This document shows, in pieces, positions 9,571 to 18,421 of a stretch of 64,000 nucleotides of DNA. Within the stretch, counting starts at the first letter, position 1. Each line of letters opens with the position of its first letter. Made by a program: the position numbers and the translations under genes. The stretch is from Acidobacteriota bacterium (GTDB lineage: Bacteria > Acidobacteriota > UBA890 > WLXD01), in contig CBDBHB010000009.1 of assembly GCA_965205505.1 (NCBI GenBank), positions 2,432,001 to 2,496,000 on the forward strand, written 5' to 3'. The notes under the pieces were generated by a model. It was not told the origin of the DNA, did no database searches, and saw only the letters and a list, made by a program, of their open reading frames with translations.

Positions 9571-10042
9571 CTAGAGGTGCGACGTCGAGGATTTCTTCGA
9601 GGCGGTCAAACGCCATGGTTTCGATCAGCCCTGTGGATCGTACGGCCCGATAGCCTGCATCGTATCCCTCGATGCGCGTGGTGAGCCGAATTCGGGCGTT
9701 TCCCCCACTGGTCGGGTGCACAACGGCGGTGATGCGGAACCGCCCGTGGCCAAAGAAGCTCCCATTTCCGGTGTAGGCGACTCGATCGAGATGGTTTTCG
9801 GCGGCGCCGCTGTCTGTCAGCCGCTTGGGGTCAGTCTCGACCAAGCAGGAGTCGCGTTCACGGGTAGACGTTGCCACCTGCAGGGCCAACTGCTCGATCA
9901 GGGTTTCGACTGCAGCGCACGCGGCTTTACCCGCGACCGGGTAGACCCGAGTGGGGTCGAGCGGCCGTACTTCGGGCTGCCGCCAGGTAACCGAACATGC
10001 CAGCGGTGCTGCCGCCGCGAGCGCTACCGCGATGAGTCTCAG
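9571..10042 (-). CDS. Lipoprotein, tandem paralogue of 10039-10545 (CTG start, 3' end uncertain)
   Basis: Hand translation upstream of the 9889 TTG gives (M)RLIAVALAAAAPLAC-SVTWRQPEVRPLDP, aligning with the paralogue LALPAC-QITWREPVLQPLNS. A TAG at 9573-9571 is one base out of frame. Confidence 0.7.
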
Positions 10043-10545
10043 TTGGCCTCGACAGGGGCGGCGCCAATGGTCTCGCCGATGGCGGCGAACACCTGCTGTT
10101 CGATAAGACCCTTGGAGCGCAGCACCTGATAGCCGAACTCCTCGCCGACGTATCCCTCGACGCGCGTCGTGACCTTCACGCGCGTGCCGCTGTTGCGCAC
10201 GTCCCGCGTCGTGACCGTGAGCGTGTAGCGGCCGCCGATGAACGGGCCAACGCCGACGAAAGCCACCTTATCGAGATATTCGGTGGGGTCGTCCCCGAAG
10301 TCAGACAGTACTTTGAAATCGGTCTCGAGCAGGCATGCACGCTCTTCCTCTTGCGACTCCTTTACGCTCAAGCCTAAGCGGGTCACGACTTGCAGCGCCG
10401 CCGCGCAGGTCGTCTCCAGACCGGAGTCGTAGTAACGGTTGCTGTTGAGCGGCTGCAGGACAGGCTCGCGCCAGGTGATCTGGCAGGCGGGCAGAGCGAG
10501 CAAAACGAGCAAGGCACCAGCCCGCACGAGTGGCCACTTAGGCAT
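10039..10545 (-). CDS. Hypothetical lipoprotein
   Basis: Lipobox LPAC after a hydrophobic stretch, and clear paralogy with the downstream gene. Confidence 0.8.
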   Translation of the reverse strand: MPKWPLVRAGALLVLLALPACQITWREPVLQPLNSNRYYDSGLETTCAAALQVVTRLGLSVKESQEEERACLLETDFKVLSDFGDDPTEYLDKVAFVGVGPFIGGRYTLTVTTRDVRNSGTRVKVTTRVEGYVGEEFGYQVLRSKGLIEQQVFAAIGETIGAAPVEAN

Positions 10546-10592
10546 AGAAGCCCTCGCTGGTCAGGGGCGGTGATTACTTTTGGAATTAGAGC

Positions 10593-10754
10593 TCAGCTGG
10601 CGTCGTCGTCGCTAATGCCGCGCATGGCGGCCTTGAAGTTCTGGATGCCGTTCCCCAGACCCTTACCGATCTCGGGCAGCTTCCTGGCGCCGAAAATTAG
10701 CATCACGATCAAGAAGATCAGCAGCAGTTCCGTAGGTCCAAGCGATCCAAACAT
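10593..10754 (-). CDS. tatA: Twin-arginine translocase subunit TatA/E (53 aa, absent from the ORF track)
   Basis: [53 protein letters not shown], with GGAGG RBS upstream. Confidence 0.95.
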   Translation of the reverse strand: MFGSLGPTELLLIFLIVMLIFGARKLPEIGKGLGNGIQNFKAAMRGISDDDAS

Positions 10755-10786
10755 CGTACGTTTCCTCCATGAGATTCCGTGTATCC

Positions 10787-10816
10787 ATGATAGGCGCGTC
10801 GCCGAGCGTCGGTCAA
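10787..10816 (-). promoter_or_regulatory. Sigma70-type promoter for tatA and the lipoprotein pair
   Basis: Minus strand TTGACC-N18-TATCAT, 32 nt upstream of the tatA start. Confidence 0.55.
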
Positions 10817-10880
10817 TGACGCGAAGCGCAGTCTTTATGGTACGCGAAACGCGCCGCGGAGCAGATTGCCGATGCTGCGG

Positions 10881-12788
10881 TCAGATGCGCTCACGCTCGT
10901 CGCCGACACGGCGCGTGACGCGAGCGCTGTCGAGGTACTCCAGCAGCGGGATCGAGTGCTTGCGCGTCAGCCCGGTCCACGCCTTGAAGTCGCCTACCGA
11001 GAAACGCTCGCCGGCCTGTAGCCGTGCCTGTATGTTGGCTATGAGTTCTTGCAACGCGGCAGCGTCGACTACCAGCCCCTCCCGAATGCGCACCAGGTGT
11101 CCGTTGCGCACCAGGTGATGAAATAGCTCGCGCACTACTTCGGTATCCCCGGAAACGGTCGCTAGAATCTCAGATGGCGACGCAGCGGCGACACCCTGCG
11201 CGGCGAAACGCCTGAGCAGATCGTCGCGCAGCGCTCGGTCCGTGTCGTCTACCGATACCTCGTGGGTGTGAATCGCGAAGCCGTCACCCGCGACGCGAAT
11301 GGCACCCTGCTCCAGTAGATACGCGAGCCCCGCATCGAACACCGGCTCCGGTAGGCCCGCCGCCACGGCGCTCCGCAGATCCTGCTTGGGTAGGCCCGGG
11401 CGTAGCGGGTAGCGCTCGTGGTAGCGCCGCAGGTTCTCGAGGGTCCGCGTACACAGGCGCTCGATCGCCGTGCGGGGGACCAGCCGTGGCTCGTGGCCGG
11501 CGATCTCCGTGATGCGATCGCCGGCGACAGCCGCGGCAATCACGCTGCTGAGGGCGTCGTCCGTACACCCCAGCCGCCGCCGAAGCGCGCCGCGTTCCAA
11601 GCCCGACTCACCGGCTTGGTCGACCCAGACCGTCAGCCTGGTCTCGTGGTCCGCGCCGTCGAGTTGACGCATGGCCTCGACGGCGGTCCGGCCACGCCGT
11701 CGCTTCGGCGCCATCGTATCGAGCACAACGCCCCCACCAATTGTCACCACCGGCGAGTAGCGCCGAACGATGAACCGGTCGCCCGGGGCAGCCGGATACG
11801 GAGATTCAAGGCGCAACTGCACATAGCCCTCGGTACCCCTGATGCGATCGGTCTCGAGCACGGCGGCTCGGCAGAGGACTTCGGCAGCGCCGTGGTGGAA
11901 ACGCAGGCGTTGCAGGTGCTTGATCTCGAAACCGTCAAGAACTTGCAACCGTGCATCGATCATGTGGGAAGGCTGCAGCGTGCCCGGCTTGGCAAGCACC
12001 ATTCCTCGAGCCAGCTCCTCGACTTGGACGCCCTGAAGGTTCAGCGCCGTTCGCTGTCCGGCGACTGCACGGTTTTGGTCGACACCGTGCACCTGAACGC
12101 CTCGAACTGTGATCGCACGCCCAGACGGCAGTGCTTCGACCTGATCGCCGATTGCCACGCTGCCCGCAATCAGCGTTCCGGTGACGACGGTTCCGAAGCC
12201 CGTCATGGTGAAGATCCGGTCGATCGGCAGGCGCAGAACGCCCTCTGTTGGTCGTGCGGTGGTGGACGACAGCACTCGCTGGAGCTCATCTTGAAGCGCA
12301 TCCATTCCGGCACCGCTGACGGTGCTGGTGCGCACGATCGGCGCGCCTTCCAGGTCAGTGCCCGCGAGTAGGTCCTCCACTTCGAGGCCGACGAGCTCGG
12401 CCATCTCGTCGTCCACCAGATCGCACTTGGTGAGCGCCACCACACCGGCCTTGATACCCAGCAATCGAATGATGGCGAGGTGCTCGCGAGTCTGCGGCAT
12501 GATCGATTCGTCAGCGGCTACCACCATCAGCACCGCGTCGATTCCGCCAACGCCCGCGAGCATGTTCTTCACGAAACGCTCGTGGCCGGGTACATCGATG
12601 AAGCCGACATGGAGTTCGCGGATACGGGCGTCGGCGAAGCCCAGATCAATGGTGATTCCGCGTTCCTTCTCCTCCTGGAGCCGGTCGGGATCGACTCCCG
12701 TCAGAGCGCGTACCAGGGCGCTCTTGCCGTGATCGATGTGGCCGGCGGTACCGACGATTCGGTAGCGGTCGATGGCGTCTGAAGACAC
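10881..12788 (-). CDS. selB: Selenocysteine-specific elongation factor
   Basis: GTAGHIDHGKS, EEKERGITIDLGFA, DVPGHERFVKNMLAG, and C-terminal winged helix LTRKHSIPLLEYLD...TRRVGDER. Start set at GTG 12788. Confidence 0.95.
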   Translation of the reverse strand: MSSDAIDRYRIVGTAGHIDHGKSALVRALTGVDPDRLQEEKERGITIDLGFADARIRELHVGFIDVPGHERFVKNMLAGVGGIDAVLMVVAADESIMPQTREHLAIIRLLGIKAGVVALTKCDLVDDEMAELVGLEVEDLLAGTDLEGAPIVRTSTVSGAGMDALQDELQRVLSSTTARPTEGVLRLPIDRIFTMTGFGTVVTGTLIAGSVAIGDQVEALPSGRAITVRGVQVHGVDQNRAVAGQRTALNLQGVQVEELARGMVLAKPGTLQPSHMIDARLQVLDGFEIKHLQRLRFHHGAAEVLCRAAVLETDRIRGTEGYVQLRLESPYPAAPGDRFIVRRYSPVVTIGGGVVLDTMAPKRRRGRTAVEAMRQLDGADHETRLTVWVDQAGESGLERGALRRRLGCTDDALSSVIAAAVAGDRITEIAGHEPRLVPRTAIERLCTRTLENLRRYHERYPLRPGLPKQDLRSAVAAGLPEPVFDAGLAYLLEQGAIRVAGDGFAIHTHEVSVDDTDRALRDDLLRRFAAQGVAAASPSEILATVSGDTEVVRELFHHLVRNGHLVRIREGLVVDAAALQELIANIQARLQAGERFSVGDFKAWTGLTRKHSIPLLEYLDSARVTRRVGDERERI

Positions 12789-12911
12789 GGCGTCACGCAG
12801 GCCACGGCGCTCGTAGCGGCGGCACGCCGCCACCCGCACCGTGGGTCGGAGTGGAATTGCTGCAGTGTACGGCGCACCTCGGGACCCCACAAACTGGTCT
12901 CTCGGTGTGGC

Positions 12912-12940
12912 TTGTGGGCGCTTTGGGACGCCGCTAATCT
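12912..12940 (+). promoter_or_regulatory. Probable promoter giving a leaderless thiolase mRNA
   Basis: TTGTGG-N17-TAATCT, then 6 nt to the ATG. No Shine-Dalgarno. Confidence 0.45.
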
Positions 12941-12946
12941 GGTCGG

Positions 12947-14131
12947 ATGCGCGAAGCCGTGATTGTCTCTGCCGTGCGCACCCCGATCGGCCGCTTGATG
13001 GGAGCCGTCAGTAGCTTCAAAGCGACGGAGCTCGGGGCGCAGGTGGTTGGTGCGGCGGTAATACGGGCCGGACTCGACCCCACCGACATCGACGAGGTCA
13101 TCATGGGCCACGTAGTGCAGGCGGGCTGCGGGCAGAATCCAGCCCGCCAGAGCGCGCTGGGAGCGGGGCTGCCGGTTAGCGCAGGCGCCCTGACGATCAA
13201 CAAGGTCTGTGGATCGTCGCTCAAGGCTGTCGTGTTGGCGACGCAGGCGATACGGCTGGGCGATGCGGAGCACATTGTTGCCGGCGGCCAGGAGAGCATG
13301 AGCAACGGTCCATTCTTGCTGGCCCGAGCCCGGGCCGGCTATCGCATGGGGCACGGAAAGCTGCTCGATGCAACGGTTCACGACGGCCTCTGGGACGCAA
13401 CGAACGACTATCACATGGGCCGTACGGGCGAAGTAGTCGCCGAGCGCTGGGGCGTGAGCCGCGAGGACCAAGACATATGGAGCGTGCGGTCGCATCAGCG
13501 CGCGGCGGCGGCGGCGACGGCCGGCATGTTCGACGCCGAGCTGCTGCCGTTGGAGGTGCCGCAGCGCAAGGGCGACTCCATTCTCATAGATCGCGATGAG
13601 ACCATCCGTCCGGATGCCTCCATCGACGCGCTCGGCCGCCTCGAGCCGGCGTTCCAATCGGACGGCACGGTCACCGCCGGCAACGCTCCGGGGGTGAACG
13701 ACGGGGCGGCGGCGGTTTGTGTGACGTCGCAGGCTCAGGCAGAAGAGCGAGGGCTCGACGTGCTGGCCCGCGTAGCCGCCTATGCGACCAGCGGTACCGA
13801 GCCCGAGCTGGTGATGATGGCTCCGGTGCAGGCCATCGAGAAGGTCCTCGACGCGACCGGATGGGATCGCACCGATGTGGACCTGTATGAGCTCAACGAG
13901 GCGTTCGCGGTGCAATCTGTTGCGCTCGTCCGCGAGCTCGGGCTGGATGCGGAGCGTGTCAACGTTCGCGGCGGTGCGATCGCGCTCGGCCACCCGATCG
14001 GTGCGTCGGGGGCGCGGATCTTGACGACGCTGCTATACGCTCTTCGCGACCGCGGCGGAAAGCGCGGCATCGCGGCCATGTGCCTGGGTGGGGGCAACGC
14101 GGTGGCGCTAGCAATCGAACGCGACGAGTAG
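12947..14131 (+). CDS. atoB: Acetyl-CoA C-acetyltransferase (thiolase)
   Basis: INKVCGSS, NEAF, GHPIGASG and MCLGGG catalytic motifs. Confidence 0.93.
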   Translation: MREAVIVSAVRTPIGRLMGAVSSFKATELGAQVVGAAVIRAGLDPTDIDEVIMGHVVQAGCGQNPARQSALGAGLPVSAGALTINKVCGSSLKAVVLATQAIRLGDAEHIVAGGQESMSNGPFLLARARAGYRMGHGKLLDATVHDGLWDATNDYHMGRTGEVVAERWGVSREDQDIWSVRSHQRAAAAATAGMFDAELLPLEVPQRKGDSILIDRDETIRPDASIDALGRLEPAFQSDGTVTAGNAPGVNDGAAAVCVTSQAQAEERGLDVLARVAAYATSGTEPELVMMAPVQAIEKVLDATGWDRTDVDLYELNEAFAVQSVALVRELGLDAERVNVRGGAIALGHPIGASGARILTTLLYALRDRGGKRGIAAMCLGGGNAVALAIERDE

Positions 14132-14152
14132 CGCTACCGAGGGCGATTGAAC

Positions 14153-14222
14153 ATGGGCATCGAACGCATCGGTGTGCCGGGCGAAGCGACCATGGGTGCC
14201 GGTATTGCCCGGGTTTGCGCAC
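14153..14222 (+). pseudogene. 5' remnant of 3-hydroxybutyryl-CoA dehydrogenase
   Basis: MGIERIGVPGEATMGAGIARVCA resembles the Hbd start (I..IGVIGAGTMG.GIAQV.A). It follows thiolase directly and has a GAGGG RBS. Confidence 0.65.
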
Positions 14223-14230
14223 CTGAGCCG

Positions 14231-15400
14231 CTGGGTCGGCGGCGCCATAGCCGCGGACCGCGTTGCCTGATCTTGTTGTTGACGTTGCTGGTAGCGGGGC
14301 CGCTGCCGGGATCGGCGCAGGATGCGCCCGAAGGGGCCGTTCAGGAGGAGCTCGTTTCCCTGCGCGCCCGCATGGCGACTCTGGAGGGGGAGCTCGCGCG
14401 CCTTGCGTCCGAACGCGAATCCGTCGTCAACGGCTTCGAGACTGCCGACGTAGAGCTAGCACTTCGCCGTCAACAGCTATCAGTCTTGGAACAGCGGGAT
14501 GGCGTGCTGGCAAGAGAGCGGGCCGAGCGCGAGACCGAACTGGAGCGTCTCGAGGCGGACTTCGTGGAGCTTCGCGCAGCCCTGCGAGCACGAGTGGGAT
14601 CTCTCTATCGGGCCGGGCCCCTGTCTTACAATCGTCTGCTGCTGGCGGCTGACTCAGCGTCCGACGCCCTGATTGCCTACCAGATCATGACGTACTTGGC
14701 GGCACGCGATCGCGACCTGCTCCAATCGGTGCGCATCACGGTGGCTGAGGTTGACCAGACCCGAGCCGCATTGGCCGAGACCGAGCGGCAGCTCGCAACG
14801 GTTGCCGCCGATACCGAGGCCACAGCGATCGCCCTGGCGCAGCAGCAGGAGGAGCGGCGTCGGCTGCTTACGGCTATCGATCGCGAGGCAGAGACCCAGC
14901 GCGTTGCGCTGACTGCGGCGCAGCGCTCCGAAAACCGGCTAGGGTCCACCATGCTGGCTCTTTCGCGGGCCGCCGCCGCCAGCGCTCCCGTGGCGTTCGC
15001 CAACGCTCGCGGCCAGCTCGAGTGGCCAGTCAACGGCGCCGTCGTCGGTGAGTTCGGCCGGCGTCGACATCCGATCTACGACACCTATACCGTGTCGCGC
15101 GGAATCGAGATCGAGGGGGACCGGGGCGACCCTGTCGTCGCCGTGTTCGACGGCAGGGTCGTTTTCGCCGACTGGTATGGCGGCTATGGCTTGATGGTCA
15201 TCGTCGATCACGGGGACGGTTACTTCAGCCTCTACGGGCATCTCAACGCCATCGACATGCGAGTCAACGAGAGCGTGAGCGCAGGCGACATCGTCGGCGA
15301 GGTAGGCGACACCGCTTCGTTGATCGGGCCGAACCTGTACTTCGAGGTGCGTGAGCAGACCGACGCCCTGAACCCGCTCAGCTGGTTGCGAAGGCGGTAA
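14231..15400 (+). CDS. envC: EnvC-like murein hydrolase activator (coiled coil + degenerate M23)
   Basis: Signal peptide, long coiled coil, LEWPVNG...VVFADWYGGYGLMVIVDHG...LYFEVR...NPLSWL. Start uncertain. Confidence 0.85.
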   Translation: MGRRRHSRGPRCLILLLTLLVAGPLPGSAQDAPEGAVQEELVSLRARMATLEGELARLASERESVVNGFETADVELALRRQQLSVLEQRDGVLARERAERETELERLEADFVELRAALRARVGSLYRAGPLSYNRLLLAADSASDALIAYQIMTYLAARDRDLLQSVRITVAEVDQTRAALAETERQLATVAADTEATAIALAQQQEERRRLLTAIDREAETQRVALTAAQRSENRLGSTMLALSRAAAASAPVAFANARGQLEWPVNGAVVGEFGRRRHPIYDTYTVSRGIEIEGDRGDPVVAVFDGRVVFADWYGGYGLMVIVDHGDGYFSLYGHLNAIDMRVNESVSAGDIVGEVGDTASLIGPNLYFEVREQTDALNPLSWLRRR

Positions 15401-15414
15401 GTTCGAGGCTGCAG

Positions 15415-15464
15415 AGATCTCAGACTCAGGCTCCCCGTATCGGATTCCTGACTCAGGACACTAG
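15415..15464. mobile_element. Solo IS630-type terminal repeat remnant
   Basis: cggattcctgactcaggacaCTAG reads RIPDSGH*, resembling IS630 transposase ends that run into the IR. A degenerate copy (atctcagactcaggctc) precedes it. The CTAG contains the rpoD stop. Confidence 0.5.
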
Positions 15465-17035
15465 CTGGCCTCGTCGAGCAACTCTTTCAGGTTCTTCGAG
15501 CGCAACGGGTGGCGCAGCTTGCGGAGCGCTTTGCCCTCGATCTGGCGGATACGCTCGCGCGTGACGCTGAAGTACTCGCCGACCTCTTCTAGGGTGTACT
15601 CGCGCTCCTCGCCGATGCCAAAGCGCATGCGCAACACCTTCTCCTCGCGCGGCGTCAGCGTCGCTAGCACCTTGCGCGTTTGGTCGGAGAGGTTCTTGGA
15701 CAGGACGATGTCCAGCGGTGAGACGACTTGCTCGTTTTCGATGAAATCAGAAAGCGAGGAATCCTCGCCGTCGCCTATCGGCGTCTCCAGCGACAGGGTC
15801 TTCTTGGCGGCGCGCAGAACCTCCTTGACCTTGTCGACCGACATGTCCATCTCGCCGCCGATCTCTTTCGGGGTCGGTTTACGACCGAGCTTCTTGAACA
15901 GCCGACGTGAGGTTTGCGAGACCTTGCGGATGGTCTCGATCATGTGCACCGGCACGCGGATCGTCTTGCCCTTGTCGGCTATGGCGCGGGTAATCGCCTG
16001 CCGGATCCACCAGGTGGCATAGGTCGAGAACTTGTAGCCCTTCTTGTAGTCGAACTTTTCGACCGCTTTCATGAGGCCGATGTTGCCTTCCTGGATCAGG
16101 TCCGAGAACGGCAGCCCATAGTTGACGTATTTCTTGGCGATCGAGACCACCAGGCGTAGGTTCGCCTGGGTGAGCTCGCTCTTCGCCCACTCGACCTGTT
16201 GCTCGGCCTCTTCGATGGCGCGAAGGTAGCGGCGCAGCTCGTCACGAGTCAGGGCGTGCCCAGCTTCGAGTTCGCGGGTGCGTTCTTCGTCCTTGGCGCG
16301 CATCGCGATCGCGTAGTGAGCTGCCAACCGCCGCATGCGAACGATGCTCTCGTCGATGAAACGCTCGCTCGGAGCCAACTCAGCCATTTTCGCAGCAATC
16401 TTCGACTGAAGCTGAATGATATCGAGTCGCACGCGCAGCGCCGTTTCCTCGCGTAGCTTGCGCTTCAGCTTCGAGCGCACCTTGCGGAGTGCCTTGCGGT
16501 GCTTCTCGACTGCGTTGACGATCTTGCGGACTTCCCTGATCGCGCGCGGAGAATCGACCTCGTCGTACTTGTCCGACAAGCGATCCATGTCGGCCGGCTC
16601 GACGTAGACGTGTGGTGCGAGCTCCGCCAGGTATTGGCTGGCCGTGGGGCAGTTGAGAACCGCTGTTACTCTGCCCTCCAGCCCTTCTTCAATTGCCCGA
16701 GCGAGCCGAATCTCGCCCTCTCGGTCGAGTAGGGCTTTCTCTCCCATCTCCCGGAAGTAGATCTTGATCGGATCGTCGAGGTCACCGGCGCCGGGTTCGT
16801 AACCTTCCTTCTCGTCTCCTTCGTCGTCTTCCTCGAAGTCCGCGTCGGCGTCTTCAGGGCTCTCCTCGACGACGTCGATCTCCATACTCTCGAACATCGA
16901 CGTGAGATGACGGCGGTTGAGCTCGGGGTCCGCGCCCTCAGGCAGGATCTCATCGACCTCGGCGAACGTCAGGTAGCCTCGCTTCTTGCCCTTCTCGATT
17001 AGGGCCTGGATCTCCTCGACCTTTTCGTTTGCCAT
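15461..17035 (-). CDS. rpoD: Primary sigma factor RpoD
   Basis: Region 1.1 ([12 protein letters not shown]), [58 protein letters not shown]. Confidence 0.93.
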   Translation of the reverse strand: MANEKVEEIQALIEKGKKRGYLTFAEVDEILPEGADPELNRRHLTSMFESMEIDVVEESPEDADADFEEDDEGDEKEGYEPGAGDLDDPIKIYFREMGEKALLDREGEIRLARAIEEGLEGRVTAVLNCPTASQYLAELAPHVYVEPADMDRLSDKYDEVDSPRAIREVRKIVNAVEKHRKALRKVRSKLKRKLREETALRVRLDIIQLQSKIAAKMAELAPSERFIDESIVRMRRLAAHYAIAMRAKDEERTRELEAGHALTRDELRRYLRAIEEAEQQVEWAKSELTQANLRLVVSIAKKYVNYGLPFSDLIQEGNIGLMKAVEKFDYKKGYKFSTYATWWIRQAITRAIADKGKTIRVPVHMIETIRKVSQTSRRLFKKLGRKPTPKEIGGEMDMSVDKVKEVLRAAKKTLSLETPIGDGEDSSLSDFIENEQVVSPLDIVLSKNLSDQTRKVLATLTPREEKVLRMRFGIGEEREYTLEEVGEYFSVTRERIRQIEGKALRKLRHPLRSKNLKELLDEAS

Positions 17036-17151
17036 ACCGTTGTGTCTTACCTAGAATTCGAGGGGCCGCGGTAGCGGAAATGGAGAGTACCTGGTCGGAA
17101 GACAGACGTCGCCCACCGTACAGCTGTCAAGTTAGCCGATTGGTTGAAGGC

Positions 17152-18309
17152 GTGCAACTCGAAGTTGACGATCCTGGACGCCGTTCCCGAGCTCTGATCC
17201 ACTACCTTTCCGAGCGTATCGCCACGTCGGGACCCATGCCGTTCGCGTCGTTCATGGCGGATGCGCTCTACCACCCAGAGCACGGCTACTACACTTCTTT
17301 ACCGGGTCCCTGGACGGTGACGCCGGACTTCCTCACCGCACCACAGATGGGCCCGGCGCTGGGCGACGCCGTGGCCGAGCTCGCCGTCGCCGTAGACGGG
17401 GCGCTCGGTCGACCGGTCTGCCTCGACCTTGTCGAGCTTGGCAGCGGCGACGGTAGCCTGCTCATGTCGACGCTGACGGCGCTACAGCGTCGTTATCCGA
17501 CTGTGTGGCCGCGCCTGCGCGCTTGGAGCGTCGAGCGCGGCGCATCAGGCCGCCGCCGCCAGCAAGAAGAACAGCGAAGCGTCCCCGGCGGTCTGCGCGT
17601 CGTCGCAAGCCTCGAGGACGTCTCCGACGAGCTCAGCGGCCTCGTGTACTCGAACGAGCTCCTCGATGCTTTTCCGGTACACCGGGTGATGCTTCACGAT
17701 GGAGTCCTGTTGGAGGGTCACGTCGATGTTGTGGAGGGGCGCCTCAACGAGTGCTTTCTAACGCCGAGCACCGCGCGCCTCCTAGAGCATCTGGAACACA
17801 ATGGGGTGCGCCTGCGCGAGGGACAGATCGCCGAGCTCTGTCTCGAGGTCGCGCCGTGGGGAGCACAGGTGAGCTCCCGGCTGGCGAAGGGCGGATGGCT
17901 GACGATCGACTACGGGCATGAGACCGCCACGTTGTACAACGAGTCCCGCCCCGCCGGCACGCTCGTCTGCCACCGCCGTTTTACGCTGCACGACGATCCG
18001 TTGCTGCGCCCGGGGGCAGATGACATCAGCGCCCAGGTCGATTTCGGAAACCTCCGGCGAGTGGCGCACGCGCACGGATTCGACGGCGGCGAAATGTGCA
18101 GCCTGCGCGTGTTCTTGATCGGTCTGTGCGCCACGGCGCCAAGTTCAGCTGGCGACCCTACCTGGTTGGCACTGCGCCATCTGGTGGTATCCGAGATTGG
18201 CGAAGCGCACCGCGCGATGTGGCTCACGCGCGGCATTCCGGTCACCGCCGTGCCCTTTGGCCGCACGCGGTTGACGCCGCGCGACGACGCCTCGACGAGC
18301 AGTCTGTAG
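17152..18309 (+). CDS. MidA/NDUFAF7-family SAM-dependent methyltransferase
   Basis: GPMPFASFM..LYHPEHGYY, DFLTAP, VELGSGDG, SNELLDAFP, IDYG, DISAQVDF. Start uncertain. Confidence 0.85.
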   Translation: MQLEVDDPGRRSRALIHYLSERIATSGPMPFASFMADALYHPEHGYYTSLPGPWTVTPDFLTAPQMGPALGDAVAELAVAVDGALGRPVCLDLVELGSGDGSLLMSTLTALQRRYPTVWPRLRAWSVERGASGRRRQQEEQRSVPGGLRVVASLEDVSDELSGLVYSNELLDAFPVHRVMLHDGVLLEGHVDVVEGRLNECFLTPSTARLLEHLEHNGVRLREGQIAELCLEVAPWGAQVSSRLAKGGWLTIDYGHETATLYNESRPAGTLVCHRRFTLHDDPLLRPGADDISAQVDFGNLRRVAHAHGFDGGEMCSLRVFLIGLCATAPSSAGDPTWLALRHLVVSEIGEAHRAMWLTRGIPVTAVPFGRTRLTPRDDASTSSL

Positions 18310-18421
18310 CCGGCGCCTGTTTCGGGTAGCGTCACAATCCGTCGAGCCACGTACGGCAGCGGCAACCACGAGGCAGTACGATGGCGTGCAACGATCAACA
18401 CTTCTTGAGGGGGAGAGCAAC

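Noticed and set aside
10881-12890. selB suggesting selenoprotein genes or tRNA-Sec nearby
   Set aside because: No gene appeared to be interrupted by an in-frame TGA at a Cys position (Grx, TrxR and ferredoxin use Cys), and no selC-like tRNA was recognised by eye.
12701-13993. Long antisense or alternative-frame ORFs (also 33451-35115, 51267-52523, 56765-57772)
   Set aside because: Shadow ORFs of GC-rich genes with no recognisable motifs.
15040-15400. Missing zinc ligands in the M23 domain
   Set aside because: Expected: EnvC is a known degenerate LytM activator.
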